A stretch of 34,674 nt of DNA from Nanobdellota archaeon. Its GTDB lineage: Archaea; Nanobdellota; Nanobdellia; Woesearchaeales; GW2011-AR9. Below are positions 8,130 to 15,631 of the stretch, one piece after another. Location of the stretch: the NCBI GenBank assembly GCA_018812765.1, contig JAHJDB010000048.1:1-34674 (forward strand), read 5' to 3'. Numbering within the stretch: the stretch's first letter is position 1; each line of letters opens with the position of its first letter. The position numbers and the translations under genes are program-made. The notes beneath the pieces are model-generated. The model was not told where the DNA came from. It searched no databases and saw nothing but the letters and a program-made list of their open reading frames with translations.

Positions 8130-8882
8130 TTATGGTTTATGAAGCCGACCCTTAGAAAAATCCACCTGACCACAAATTCCTAAATGGTCGCTGGGATATC
8201 TAAGTCCATGAGTTACATAAAAAGAGTTATGATTAGAAGGAGTATCAACAAGGGTTGTAGCAAAGATAAAATCACCTTGACTATAAGGAACGTGTTTTAA
8301 ATCCTTAATATTTTCCGTCAAGTCCTCTAACTCTTCCTTTAACCATCGGTACAGGCCAGAATTTTTACTGAAATTAAAATCCCCTCCCAAAAGGACAGTT
8401 CTCCCCTGATTTTTTCTATGACGAACATGTTCCAAAAGCTGGTCGATCTGCTCTCTCAAAGGTTTGTAAAGAATCTCTTCGTAATTCTGAGTACAAAGAG
8501 TATGGGTGTTTAAGATAACTAGGTCTTCTACAATGGTCTCTAAGAATCCTTTTCCTAGAAAAAGATTCTGAAGGTTGAAAAAATTACCTTGAGAATCATA
8601 TTTGTAAAATTTTAATGAAGTTGGTTCTTTTTTTGTAAGGGTGACTAAGCCTCCTTTCAAGAACAGAAAACCTTTTTCATAGCTGCTCCGGAATTGAGGT
8701 GAATCTTCAAAAGAACTTTTGGGAATGTTTTCAAATGTTTTTTGATGATTACAAAAAAAAACTTCTTGCAAAAGAACAGCATCATAATTTTTAGTTCTGA
8801 TGGTTTCAGCAATAATCTCAAACCTCTTTTTTCCGTTTCGAGAGAAACCATTACAATTTTGAGTTAAAATTTTCATTTTCAC
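8130..8882 (-). CDS. Endonuclease/exonuclease/phosphatase (EEP) family protein
   Basis: Catalytic motifs AVLLQEV, LNTH, LLGGDFNF and PSDH. The track starts at GTG 8882 and an in-frame ATG at 8876 is an alternative start. No signal peptide is present. Confidence 0.8.
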   Translation of the reverse strand: MKMKILTQNCNGFSRNGKKRFEIIAETIRTKNYDAVLLQEVFFCNHQKTFENIPKSSFEDSPQFRSSYEKGFLFLKGGLVTLTKKEPTSLKFYKYDSQGNFFNLQNLFLGKGFLETIVEDLVILNTHTLCTQNYEEILYKPLREQIDQLLEHVRHRKNQGRTVLLGGDFNFSKNSGLYRWLKEELEDLTENIKDLKHVPYSQGDFIFATTLVDTPSNHNSFYVTHGLRYPSDHLGICGQVDFSKGRLHKP

Positions 8883-8897
8883 ATTAAATAATCAGAA

Positions 8898-9021
8898 AGC
8901 CATACACTTTAGTGCATGGATGAATGGCTCTGGTTATTTATGTCACAATATGCGGGGTCAAGAAATCGTCTTTGTTCAAGCCTCGCATTTTAGTGCGAGG
9001 TGAGACGATTTTTCGCATATT
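8898..9021 (-). ncRNA. Structured intergenic RNA element (two related hairpins), function unknown
   Basis: Three-tier hairpin: 8947-8954 pairs with 9014-9021, 8963-8971 with 9003-9011, and 8981-8987 with 8994-9000. A second hairpin pairs 8900-8907 with 8912-8919; its only non-Watson-Crick pair is G-U on the minus strand but A-C on the plus strand. Both hairpins share the GCACTAAA loop region (minus-strand reading). Confidence 0.35.
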
Positions 9022-9698
9022 TATGACATTGATTTTTTCTTAATGATAATCATGCAATGATCCTTTTCAAAAGGTTCTAAAATCCGGTAGTCAATAACAG
9101 TGAATTCTTTTTCTAATATTTTTCTGATTTCTTCAAAGATTTGTTTTGGTTTTCTTTTGACGTCTATGCTCCTAGCTTTTACTGCTAAAAGGCCATAACC
9201 ACCAGGTTTAAGGAATAAATTACAGTTTTTGATGAAAATTTCAGCTTGATTTCTTTGGGCAATATCTTGATATACTATGTCTGCTTGGCTGACTCTGTGA
9301 AGATATTGTTCAGGATGATTAGCATCAGCTAAGATGGGGATAATGTTATTTCTAAGTTTTGAAATAAAAGTAAGGTCTCTGACTACTCTTGGTGCGGGAT
9401 CGACCCCAAAAATTAATCCTTCTTTCCCGACCATGTCTGAAATAAAAGAAGACGTATAACCGTGAGAGATACCTAAATAAAGGACCACATCTCCTTTTCT
9501 GATACCAGCATTAGTGCAGCCTTTTATGATTGTAGCAGCTAATTTACTTCTTCGCGGATCAAACTCCCGGTATTCTTGGTTATTGTCTTTTACAGTTCTT
9601 TCTTCAAAATGTTTTTTTCCAGGAAGGATACTTTTAGTATAAATCCTTTTACCATCATGGTAAATTTCAAAGATCTTGTCTGGTTTTATTTTACTCAT
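9021..9698 (-). CDS. flpA: Fibrillarin-like rRNA/tRNA 2'-O-methyltransferase
   Basis: 225 aa with REFDPRRSKLAA, the SAM-binding block VLYLGISHGYTSSFISDMVG, and DIAQRNQAEI. Canonical archaeal fibrillarin. Confidence 0.92.
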   Translation of the reverse strand: MSKIKPDKIFEIYHDGKRIYTKSILPGKKHFEERTVKDNNQEYREFDPRRSKLAATIIKGCTNAGIRKGDVVLYLGISHGYTSSFISDMVGKEGLIFGVDPAPRVVRDLTFISKLRNNIIPILADANHPEQYLHRVSQADIVYQDIAQRNQAEIFIKNCNLFLKPGGYGLLAVKARSIDVKRKPKQIFEEIRKILEKEFTVIDYRILEPFEKDHCMIIIKKKSMS

Positions 9699-9701
9699 TT
9701 T

Positions 9702-10220
9702 TTATTCGTATTTTTTGTTGTAGATTCGGAACAATTCTTTTACGGAAATGTTGCTCATCTGTTCTTCTGTGAACCCAAGTTTTTTGACAGTTTCAACAAC
9801 TTCTTCTTCTGAAGGAGCTTCTACTTCAAAAAAAGTTGGAATTCCAGGATAGGTATCAATTTCAATTTTGATTTTGTTTAGTTGATATGATTCTCTTCGT
9901 TTACGGCCTTCAAATCTTTTTTTAAACCTCAATTTTTCAAATATGGCCAGAGTATCTTCAAAATTATTAGTAGTGACTTCAAGCTCTTCACGTACTTTAA
10001 ATCGTGATTTTTCTTTTTTTCCTTTTAAGCATAATTCTACTTTTTCTCCTAGCTTTCTTACTCGGAGACTTTTTCCTTCTTTTTCTAATTGGTCGCTAGG
10101 GAAATCAAAAAAGACAGCTGTAATTTCTCCTTCAAAAACTTTTTCAGCTCCCAACTCCTGAAGTTTTCGGATTAATTCAGGAACATCGATGTCCAAGATC
10201 TTGACTTCAATTTCTTTCAT
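9702..10220 (-). CDS. CYTH-domain (triphosphate tunnel metalloenzyme / CyaB-like) protein
   Basis: N-terminal EIEVK (ExExK signature), alternating charged beta strands (LRVRK, FKVREELEV, IKIEIDTY, FFEVEA). 172 aa. Confidence 0.72.
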   Translation of the reverse strand: MKEIEVKILDIDVPELIRKLQELGAEKVFEGEITAVFFDFPSDQLEKEGKSLRVRKLGEKVELCLKGKKEKSRFKVREELEVTTNNFEDTLAIFEKLRFKKRFEGRKRRESYQLNKIKIEIDTYPGIPTFFEVEAPSEEEVVETVKKLGFTEEQMSNISVKELFRIYNKKYE

Positions 10221-10581
10221 TTTTTCCCTGTTCCTTAACTTTTTTCCATTTATTTAATTCTTCTTCACTGTTCACTTCTTCTCCATTAAAAATCCACGGT
10301 TTTCTTCTCTTTAGTTTAGTCAAAGTGTTATTGATGATATTTTTAATTTCAAAATTATTCTCTTCCTCAGCTATGATCATAACTGCCAGCAGACCCCATA
10401 AGACATCTCCCAATTCTTCATGAAGATTTTGAAGATCTTTCTTTTCGATGGCTTCCAAAACCTCTTTCACTTCTGTTTCTAAATGTTTTGCTCTTTCTTG
10501 TAAGGTTCTTTCTTTAGACCATTCAGATTTGTTCCTGTCAATCTTTAGAGCTAAATATAATTCTTCAAAACTGTCTTTCAT
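10207..10581 (-). CDS. MazG-like all-alpha NTP pyrophosphohydrolase
   Basis: 124 aa with the ETEVKEVLEAIEKKD ... EELGDVLWGLLAVMIIAEEE metal-binding pattern typical of small MazG-type proteins. Confidence 0.68.
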   Translation of the reverse strand: MKDSFEELYLALKIDRNKSEWSKERTLQERAKHLETEVKEVLEAIEKKDLQNLHEELGDVLWGLLAVMIIAEEENNFEIKNIINNTLTKLKRRKPWIFNGEEVNSEEELNKWKKVKEQGKNERN

Positions 10582-11504
10582 CTGAGTTTTTCCTCTAATT
10601 CTTTTCTATATTCTTTAGCCTTGAATTCCCCCTTAAAAAAATCTAATCGGGCGCATAAGGACAATTTATCAGCAAGCATTCTGGAAGCTTTACCTTTTTC
10701 GTCTTTTTTAGCGTCTTGAATCAAAGGGTGATTAATGATTACTCCATATTTTGGAGATTTTGAACCAGTTTTGATATGTCTGAAGAGAGCTTTCTCTGCT
10801 CCCAGAAGCTGGATGGTGGAAGCAGGAAGCATAGCTAAATGTTTTAAGGAGCCTCCTAATTCAATTAATTTAGCTCCGATGGTAGTACCGGCAAGCTCAT
10901 TAAGATTAGGGCAATATTTTTCCATTATTTTTTTAAGGTAATCTTCATGCTTATTTCTTAATTCGTAAAGGCTGCTGACTTCTTTTGCTAATAAGTGCAT
11001 CTCTTCTAAGTGTTCATCAGCTAAATCTGCTCCCATGGCTACTTCAAGATGGAGATCTTTTAAGAGCTGGGATCTTGTTTTTGTAGAAACGAGTTCTACA
11101 AATTTCTCATGGCTTTGGACGGATTCAGCTAACTCCGGAAAATAAAGAGAGTACCATTCTCTCAATCTTTTCACTAATGTGTTGCTAATTCGGTCAAGTT
11201 CGTTGATGTTGGCGATGGTTTGAATAATCAGATTATCTTCGTTAACGGATTCTTTTATTGATTGTTTGGTGAGCTGTAAATTTTTAAGAAAGAATTCTGA
11301 ATAGTATTTTTGATTCTTAAACAAAGACAACACCTGAGGAAGTTTATTTTCAGGCAAAGATCCAGCTTGGTGTTTCTTAATCAGTTGTTTTTCTTTATTT
11401 TCTCGTTGAGAATATTCTTCAACATTTTTGAAGGAGAGAGAATCGATTACTTTTAACTTATTATCCAAGATAAAGGTACCGATAAGATTAGTAAAATAAT
11501 ACAT
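10578..11504 (-). CDS. nop5: C/D box RNP core protein Nop5 (Nop56/58 homolog)
   Basis: Nop-domain blocks LREWYSLYFPEL, GAKLIELGGSLKHLAMLPASTIQLLGAEKALFRH, PKYGVIINHPLIQ and ASRMLADKLSLCARLD. Confidence 0.88.
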   Translation of the reverse strand: MYYFTNLIGTFILDNKLKVIDSLSFKNVEEYSQRENKEKQLIKKHQAGSLPENKLPQVLSLFKNQKYYSEFFLKNLQLTKQSIKESVNEDNLIIQTIANINELDRISNTLVKRLREWYSLYFPELAESVQSHEKFVELVSTKTRSQLLKDLHLEVAMGADLADEHLEEMHLLAKEVSSLYELRNKHEDYLKKIMEKYCPNLNELAGTTIGAKLIELGGSLKHLAMLPASTIQLLGAEKALFRHIKTGSKSPKYGVIINHPLIQDAKKDEKGKASRMLADKLSLCARLDFFKGEFKAKEYRKELEEKLR

Positions 11505-11523
11505 AAATACTGCAGAATGGTGT

Positions 11524-11536
11524 TTTTATATAAATA
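11524..11536 (-). promoter_or_regulatory. TATA box for the nop5 operon
   Basis: The minus strand reads ATTTATATAAAAA, centred about 26 nt upstream of the ATG at 11504. Confidence 0.5.
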
Positions 11537-11572
11537 TTATTGAGAAAAAAAGATTAAATGTTATTTGAAAAA

Positions 11573-11905
11573 CTACTTGAATAAGTTTAAGTTATACTCT
11601 TTGCAAGCTCCGTCACATATATTGGTTGGTTCGCAGATTTTGATCAATCTTTTCAATATTGGTCTGAAGATTGGATCAGTATGGTCTATTTCAGCTGGAA
11701 AAGTCTGGACCAAGACCGGGTAGCCGTGGATCTCAAACCTGTTGTAAGAGATAAAGATAGTCTTCTCTTCATCGGGATAAGGGTGACAGGTCCAAGAGTT
11801 TCCTCTTTCATCTTCTCTCGCAGTTTCAACTTTTAAGCCAGATGCTAATTCTTCTATCTTGCTGAGGTTCTCTTCTTTAAAGTTATTTAAACAATAATAA
11901 GACAT
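11573..11905 (-). CDS. Hypothetical Cys-containing protein (orphan)
   Basis: 110-aa ORF with its own TATA box at leaderless spacing. No family was recognised. Confidence 0.4.
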   Translation of the reverse strand: MSYYCLNNFKEENLSKIEELASGLKVETAREDERGNSWTCHPYPDEEKTIFISYNRFEIHGYPVLVQTFPAEIDHTDPIFRPILKRLIKICEPTNICDGACKEYNLNLFK

Positions 11906-11927
11906 AAGCTTTATGGTTTAGGGCTGA

Positions 11928-11935
11928 TTTATAAA
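11928..11935. promoter_or_regulatory. Palindromic TATA box TTTATAAA, promoter of 11573..11905 and possibly bidirectional
   Basis: Centred about 26 nt from the minus-strand ATG at 11905. It lies within a 14-mer GGCTGATTTATAAA that recurs at 27554-27567. Confidence 0.45.
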
Positions 11936-12094
11936 CTTTCCTGGAAAAAAGTAACTAAAATCACCAGAGGGTATAGTCGTAGAGATCAAGACGGTAAAGA
12001 TTATAGGGAGTTGGGGTTAAACTGCTAGATACCTAAAAAGTAAGCGGAAAACTACTTTCAGAAAAAGAGAATAAATCCTGGCTTTTTAGAAACC

Positions 12095-12105
12095 TTTATA
12101 AATAA
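12095..12105 (+). promoter_or_regulatory. Candidate TATA box for the ribosomal-protein super-operon (implies a leader of about 200 nt)
   Basis: TTTATAAATAA matches the TTTATAAA promoter core used elsewhere in this window. No better TATA lies closer to rpl3. AGGAG SD at 12311-12315. Confidence 0.35.
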
Positions 12106-12325
12106 CCCTTAATCCTGGATGGTAACTTAACAAAATCGACTGAATTTATACTGTTCAGATAACTGGGCAAATGAATTTTGTCAAGAAGGCCTGAAAAGGT
12201 GACCATCGAGGTTAATTCTTTTGATGGAAGCTGAATAATAGGCGATTTAAACGAAAGTTAAACAAGGATAAATCCTGAAAATTGATAAAACTTTTTTCGG
12301 ATACAAAATCAGGAGATATTAAGAT

Positions 12326-13291
12326 ATGCCAAGATCACGCCATCCAAGACGGGGAAGTTTACAGTATTGGCCTAGAAAGCGAGCTAAGCAATCTGTAGCA
12401 AGAGTAAGGTCTTGGGCTGAAGAAAAATCAGTTAAGCCTTTAGGCTTTATTGGATATAAAGCAGGCATGACTCATCTAGTGGTTCAAGACAGCAGACCTA
12501 AATCTTTGACAAAAGGAGAAAAGATTGTGCTGGCTTCTACAATCATTGATTGCCCACCGATGAGTGTTATGGGAATCTGCTTCTACAAAAAATATTTATT
12601 TGGTACAAAAAAAGTTGCTTCTGTTCTTGCTGAGAAATTATCTAAAGATTTAGCAAAAGTAGTCCAGCTGCCTAAAAAAGTAGCTAAAAAAGTTGATGAT
12701 GTGAAAGAATTTGACGATCTAAGACTATTAATATATTCCAGTCCAAAAACAAGCACTGGAGTAAAAAAACCAAAACTTCTTGAAATCGCCTTAGGTGGAA
12801 AGAAAGAAGATAAGCTGGTTTATGCAAAAGATGTTTTAGGCAAGGAAATAAAAATTGATAATGTTTTTGAGAATGGCGTTTCTGTTGATATCAAGGGAAT
12901 TTCTAAGGGAAAAGGTTTTCAAGGAACAGTAAAAAGATATGGCGTCCCAATAAGACAACATAAGGCTGAGAAAACAAAGAGAGGGATTGCTACTTTGGGT
13001 TCGTGGACGCCTAAGAGAGTAGAATTTTCTGTTGCTCAACCAGGAAAGATGGGTTATCATTTAAGGACGGAATATAATAAACAGATCCTAAAGATTGGAC
13101 AGGACGGCAAAGAAGTTACACCTAAGCAAGGTAAAAACAGATATGGTTTGGTAAATAATTCTTATCTATTAATTAAAGGTTCTGTAGTAGGACCTAAGAA
13201 AAGAGCAATTTTATTGACAAAATCTCTACGACCGAATAAAAAGATGGTCAAGGAAGGATTTCAGATATCATATATCTCATTGAGGAAATGA
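12326..13291 (+). CDS. rpl3: 50S ribosomal protein L3 (uL3)
   Basis: Archaeal uL3 N-terminus MPRSRHPRRGSLQYWPRKRA and the FQGTVKRYG block. First gene in the canonical order. Confidence 0.93.
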   Translation: MPRSRHPRRGSLQYWPRKRAKQSVARVRSWAEEKSVKPLGFIGYKAGMTHLVVQDSRPKSLTKGEKIVLASTIIDCPPMSVMGICFYKKYLFGTKKVASVLAEKLSKDLAKVVQLPKKVAKKVDDVKEFDDLRLLIYSSPKTSTGVKKPKLLEIALGGKKEDKLVYAKDVLGKEIKIDNVFENGVSVDIKGISKGKGFQGTVKRYGVPIRQHKAEKTKRGIATLGSWTPKRVEFSVAQPGKMGYHLRTEYNKQILKIGQDGKEVTPKQGKNRYGLVNNSYLLIKGSVVGPKKRAILLTKSLRPNKKMVKEGFQISYISLRK

Positions 13292-14103
13292 AAAAAATGA
13301 AAGCACAAGTATTCGACAGGCAAAAGAAAAAATCGGCAGAAGTAGAATTACCAAGCCAGTTTTTAGAAGAATACCGGCCAGACTTGATTAAAAGAGCGGT
13401 TCATGCTTTACAGAGTGCAGCAAGACAAAGATATGGTACAGATCCGTTAGCTGGTATGAGGCATTCAACAAAGTTAAGTAAAAGAAGAAGAAAATATAGG
13501 GGTTGTTACGGTTTTGGAATCAGTAGAGTTAACAGAAAAATCTTTTCTAGAAGAGGTACAAGGTTTAACTGGGCAGGAGCATTTTCACCTCAAACAAGAG
13601 GAGGAAGAAGAGCTCATCCACCTAAAGCAGAGAAAAACCTAGAGAAAAAGTTGAACATAAAAGAAAATAAAAAAGCAATCCGTTCAGCAATGGCAGCTAC
13701 TTTAGTTAAATCTATTGTTGAAGAGAGAGGACACAAAATTCCTATTGAATATCCTTTTTTATTAGATTCATCCTTAGAAGACTTGAACAAAACAAAAGAT
13801 GTTGAGAAAGTCTTAACTGATCTTGGTTTTGGAGAAGAATTAGAAAGGTCTTTAGTCAAGAAAATAAGGGCTGGTCTAGGAAAACTAAGAGGAAGAAAAT
13901 ACCGAAGAAAAAAAGGTATCTTAGTCGTTGTTAGCGGCGAATGTCCGTTACTTAAATCAGCAAAAAATGTTCCCGGCGTAGATGTGGTGGAAGTTAAATC
14001 CTTAAATGCAGAACTGCTTGCACCTGGAGCTGTGCCTGGAAGAGCAGCATTATGGACCCAAAAAGCTGTAGAAGCAGTCGGCAAAGAAAAATTATTCGTA
14101 TGA
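13288..14103 (+). CDS. rpl4: 50S ribosomal protein L4 (uL4)
   Basis: ATGA overlap with rpl3. Basic loop RRGTRFNWAGAFSPQTRGGRRAHPPK. Conserved position. Confidence 0.9.
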   Translation: MKKMKAQVFDRQKKKSAEVELPSQFLEEYRPDLIKRAVHALQSAARQRYGTDPLAGMRHSTKLSKRRRKYRGCYGFGISRVNRKIFSRRGTRFNWAGAFSPQTRGGRRAHPPKAEKNLEKKLNIKENKKAIRSAMAATLVKSIVEERGHKIPIEYPFLLDSSLEDLNKTKDVEKVLTDLGFGEELERSLVKKIRAGLGKLRGRKYRRKKGILVVVSGECPLLKSAKNVPGVDVVEVKSLNAELLAPGAVPGRAALWTQKAVEAVGKEKLFV

Positions 14104-14112
14104 TTATAAAAA

Positions 14113-14457
14113 ATGGCTGAAGCAAAAAAAGCAAAGGAAACTGTACTAAAAACTAAAGAAATGGAGAAAGTAGAAAAGAAGAGAGTAGAAGAAGCTTTCG
14201 ATCCTTATCAGATCTTGAAAATTCCTTTATCTACTGAAAAGTGTATCAGGATGGTGGAATTTGATAACAAATTAGTCTTTTCAATCCATCCCAGAGCTAC
14301 AAGAGAAGATGTCAAGAGAGCTGTCGAAGAATTATTCAAAGTGAAAGTAGTAAAAGTTAATCTTCAGAATTCATTCACAGGCGTTAAGAAAGCTTATGTG
14401 AAATTAAGTCCAGAAAGTTTGGCTTCAGATGTAAGTGCAGACTTAGGATTAATTTAG
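14113..14457 (+). CDS. rpl23: 50S ribosomal protein L23 (uL23)
   Basis: Core LSTEKCIRMVEFDNKLVFSIHPRATREDVKRAVEELFKVKVVKVN, preceded by a K/E-rich N-terminal extension. Confidence 0.9.
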   Translation: MAEAKKAKETVLKTKEMEKVEKKRVEEAFDPYQILKIPLSTEKCIRMVEFDNKLVFSIHPRATREDVKRAVEELFKVKVVKVNLQNSFTGVKKAYVKLSPESLASDVSADLGLI

Positions 14458-14486
14458 ATAGAACAAAAGAAGGCAGAGACTAGAAA

Positions 14487-15206
14487 ATGGGTAAACGAAT
14501 CATCCAACAAAGGAGAGGAAGAGGCAGTGGCACTTATAGATCACCTAGCTTTCGCTTTAAAGGAGAAGTAAAACACTATTCTTTAGAGACTTCCGGTACG
14601 GTTACAGATTTAGTTCATTGTGCCGGTCATAGCAGTCCTTTGATGGAAGTATTATTTTTAACTGGAGACAAAGGTCTTGCTTTTGCTCCTGAAGGAATAA
14701 AGGTAGGGGATGAAGTTTCAGTAGGTAATGAATCAAACAATAATGGTTCTGAACTAAAATCGGGAAGTGTCTTAAAATTAAGAGATATTCCAGAAGGAAC
14801 CTTAATACATAATATTGAATTGCGTCCAGCAGACGGCGGTAAATTAGTAAGGTCAGCAGGAGTATTTGCAAAGATTGTCGCAAAGACAGAAACAGCTGTA
14901 AGAGTAAAGTTACCTTCAAAGAAAGAAAAATTATTCCTGCCAGACTGCAGAGCCGCCATCGGAATCTTAAGTGGAGCAGGAAAGACTGAAAAACCTTTCT
15001 TGAAAGCTGGAACAAGATTCAAGAAAATGAAAGTAAGAAACAAGTTATATCCAAAAGTTTGCGGAATCTCAATGAACGCAGTAGATCATCCTTTTGGAGG
15101 TAAATGTTCACACATCAAAGGAAGACCTACACAGTCTCCAAGAAATGCACCACCTGGAAGAAAGGTCGGAAAGATCGCTCCAAGAAGAACCGGTAGAAAA
15201 GGATAA
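14487..15206 (+). CDS. rpl2: 50S ribosomal protein L2 (uL2)
   Basis: MNAVDHPFGGK and GRPTQSPRNAPPGRKVG motifs. 239 aa. Confidence 0.95.
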   Translation: MGKRIIQQRRGRGSGTYRSPSFRFKGEVKHYSLETSGTVTDLVHCAGHSSPLMEVLFLTGDKGLAFAPEGIKVGDEVSVGNESNNNGSELKSGSVLKLRDIPEGTLIHNIELRPADGGKLVRSAGVFAKIVAKTETAVRVKLPSKKEKLFLPDCRAAIGILSGAGKTEKPFLKAGTRFKKMKVRNKLYPKVCGISMNAVDHPFGGKCSHIKGRPTQSPRNAPPGRKVGKIAPRRTGRKG

Positions 15207-15242
15207 AATAAAATATTAAAATTAAGAAATTAAACAAATAAA

Positions 15243-15623
15243 ATGGCAAAAGAATTCAAATGGTTGGGAAAAACTGAAGAAGAGATCAAAGAATTAGACC
15301 TTAAGGAATTTGCAGAGCTAGTTCCTTCAAGAGCCAGAAGATCATTAAAGAGGGGCTATACTGAAAATCAAAAAGCTTTGATGAAAAGAATTGAAGCAGG
15401 AGAAAAAAACATTAAAACTCATTGTAGAAACATGATTATCGTTCCAAAAATGTTGGGAGTGACCTTGAGGGTTTACAACGGTAAAGAGTTTATGATTTTA
15501 TCGATTGAGGCATCTATGCTGGGTCATTATTTGGGAGAATTTTCACACACCAGAAAAAGTGTTACCCACAGTTCCGCGGGAGTTGGAGCTACAAGATCAA
15601 GTAAAGCTATATCAGCAAGATAA
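15243..15623 (+). CDS. rps19: 30S ribosomal protein S19 (uS19)
   Basis: VYNGKEFMILSIEASMLGHYLGEFSHTRK block, and gene order. Confidence 0.92.
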   Translation: MAKEFKWLGKTEEEIKELDLKEFAELVPSRARRSLKRGYTENQKALMKRIEAGEKNIKTHCRNMIIVPKMLGVTLRVYNGKEFMILSIEASMLGHYLGEFSHTRKSVTHSSAGVGATRSSKAISAR

Positions 15624-15631
15624 ACATAAAA

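Noticed and set aside
8892-8945. C/D sRNA reading on the minus strand (GTGACAT ... CTGA, about 54 nt)
   Set aside because: The C-box match is only 4 of 7 and lacks the UGA repeat. No C'/D' boxes are found at 12-nt guide spacing.
8947-9021. Interpretation of the flpA-downstream hairpin as an H/ACA guide RNA or a tRNA
   Set aside because: H/ACA guides need a two-sided pseudouridylation pocket. Here the internal loops are almost entirely one-sided (7 versus 1 nt and 9 versus 2 nt), and a canonical K-turn cannot be placed. The 8-bp closing stem resembles an acceptor stem, but the interior folds as one coaxial hairpin rather than a cloverleaf, and there is no T-loop motif.
11975-11996. AGTCGTA...AGACGGT motif shared between 11975-11996 and 34606-34619
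   Set aside because: It consists of only two short 7-mers at different spacings relative to the nearby TATA boxes, and the intervening length differs. This is consistent with chance in an AT-rich window.
11940-12325. RNase P RNA, SRP RNA, 5S rRNA or tRNA in the long rpl3 upstream region
   Set aside because: I could not find the conserved signatures by eye. These would be RNase P CR-I/CR-V type motifs, an SRP helix-8 GNAR loop with an AGCA-type loop, 5S loop motifs, or a T-loop GTTCRAATC with a matching stem. The region is kept only as an unclassified candidate.
13614-15043. Long antisense ORFs inside rpl4 and rpl2 (13614..14084, 14602..15015, 14627..15043)
   Set aside because: They lie entirely within confidently identified ribosomal protein genes on the opposite strand. 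Their low-complexity, Leu/Ser/Phe-rich translations are typical of the mirror frame of Lys/Glu/Arg-rich genes. They have no promoter or SD.
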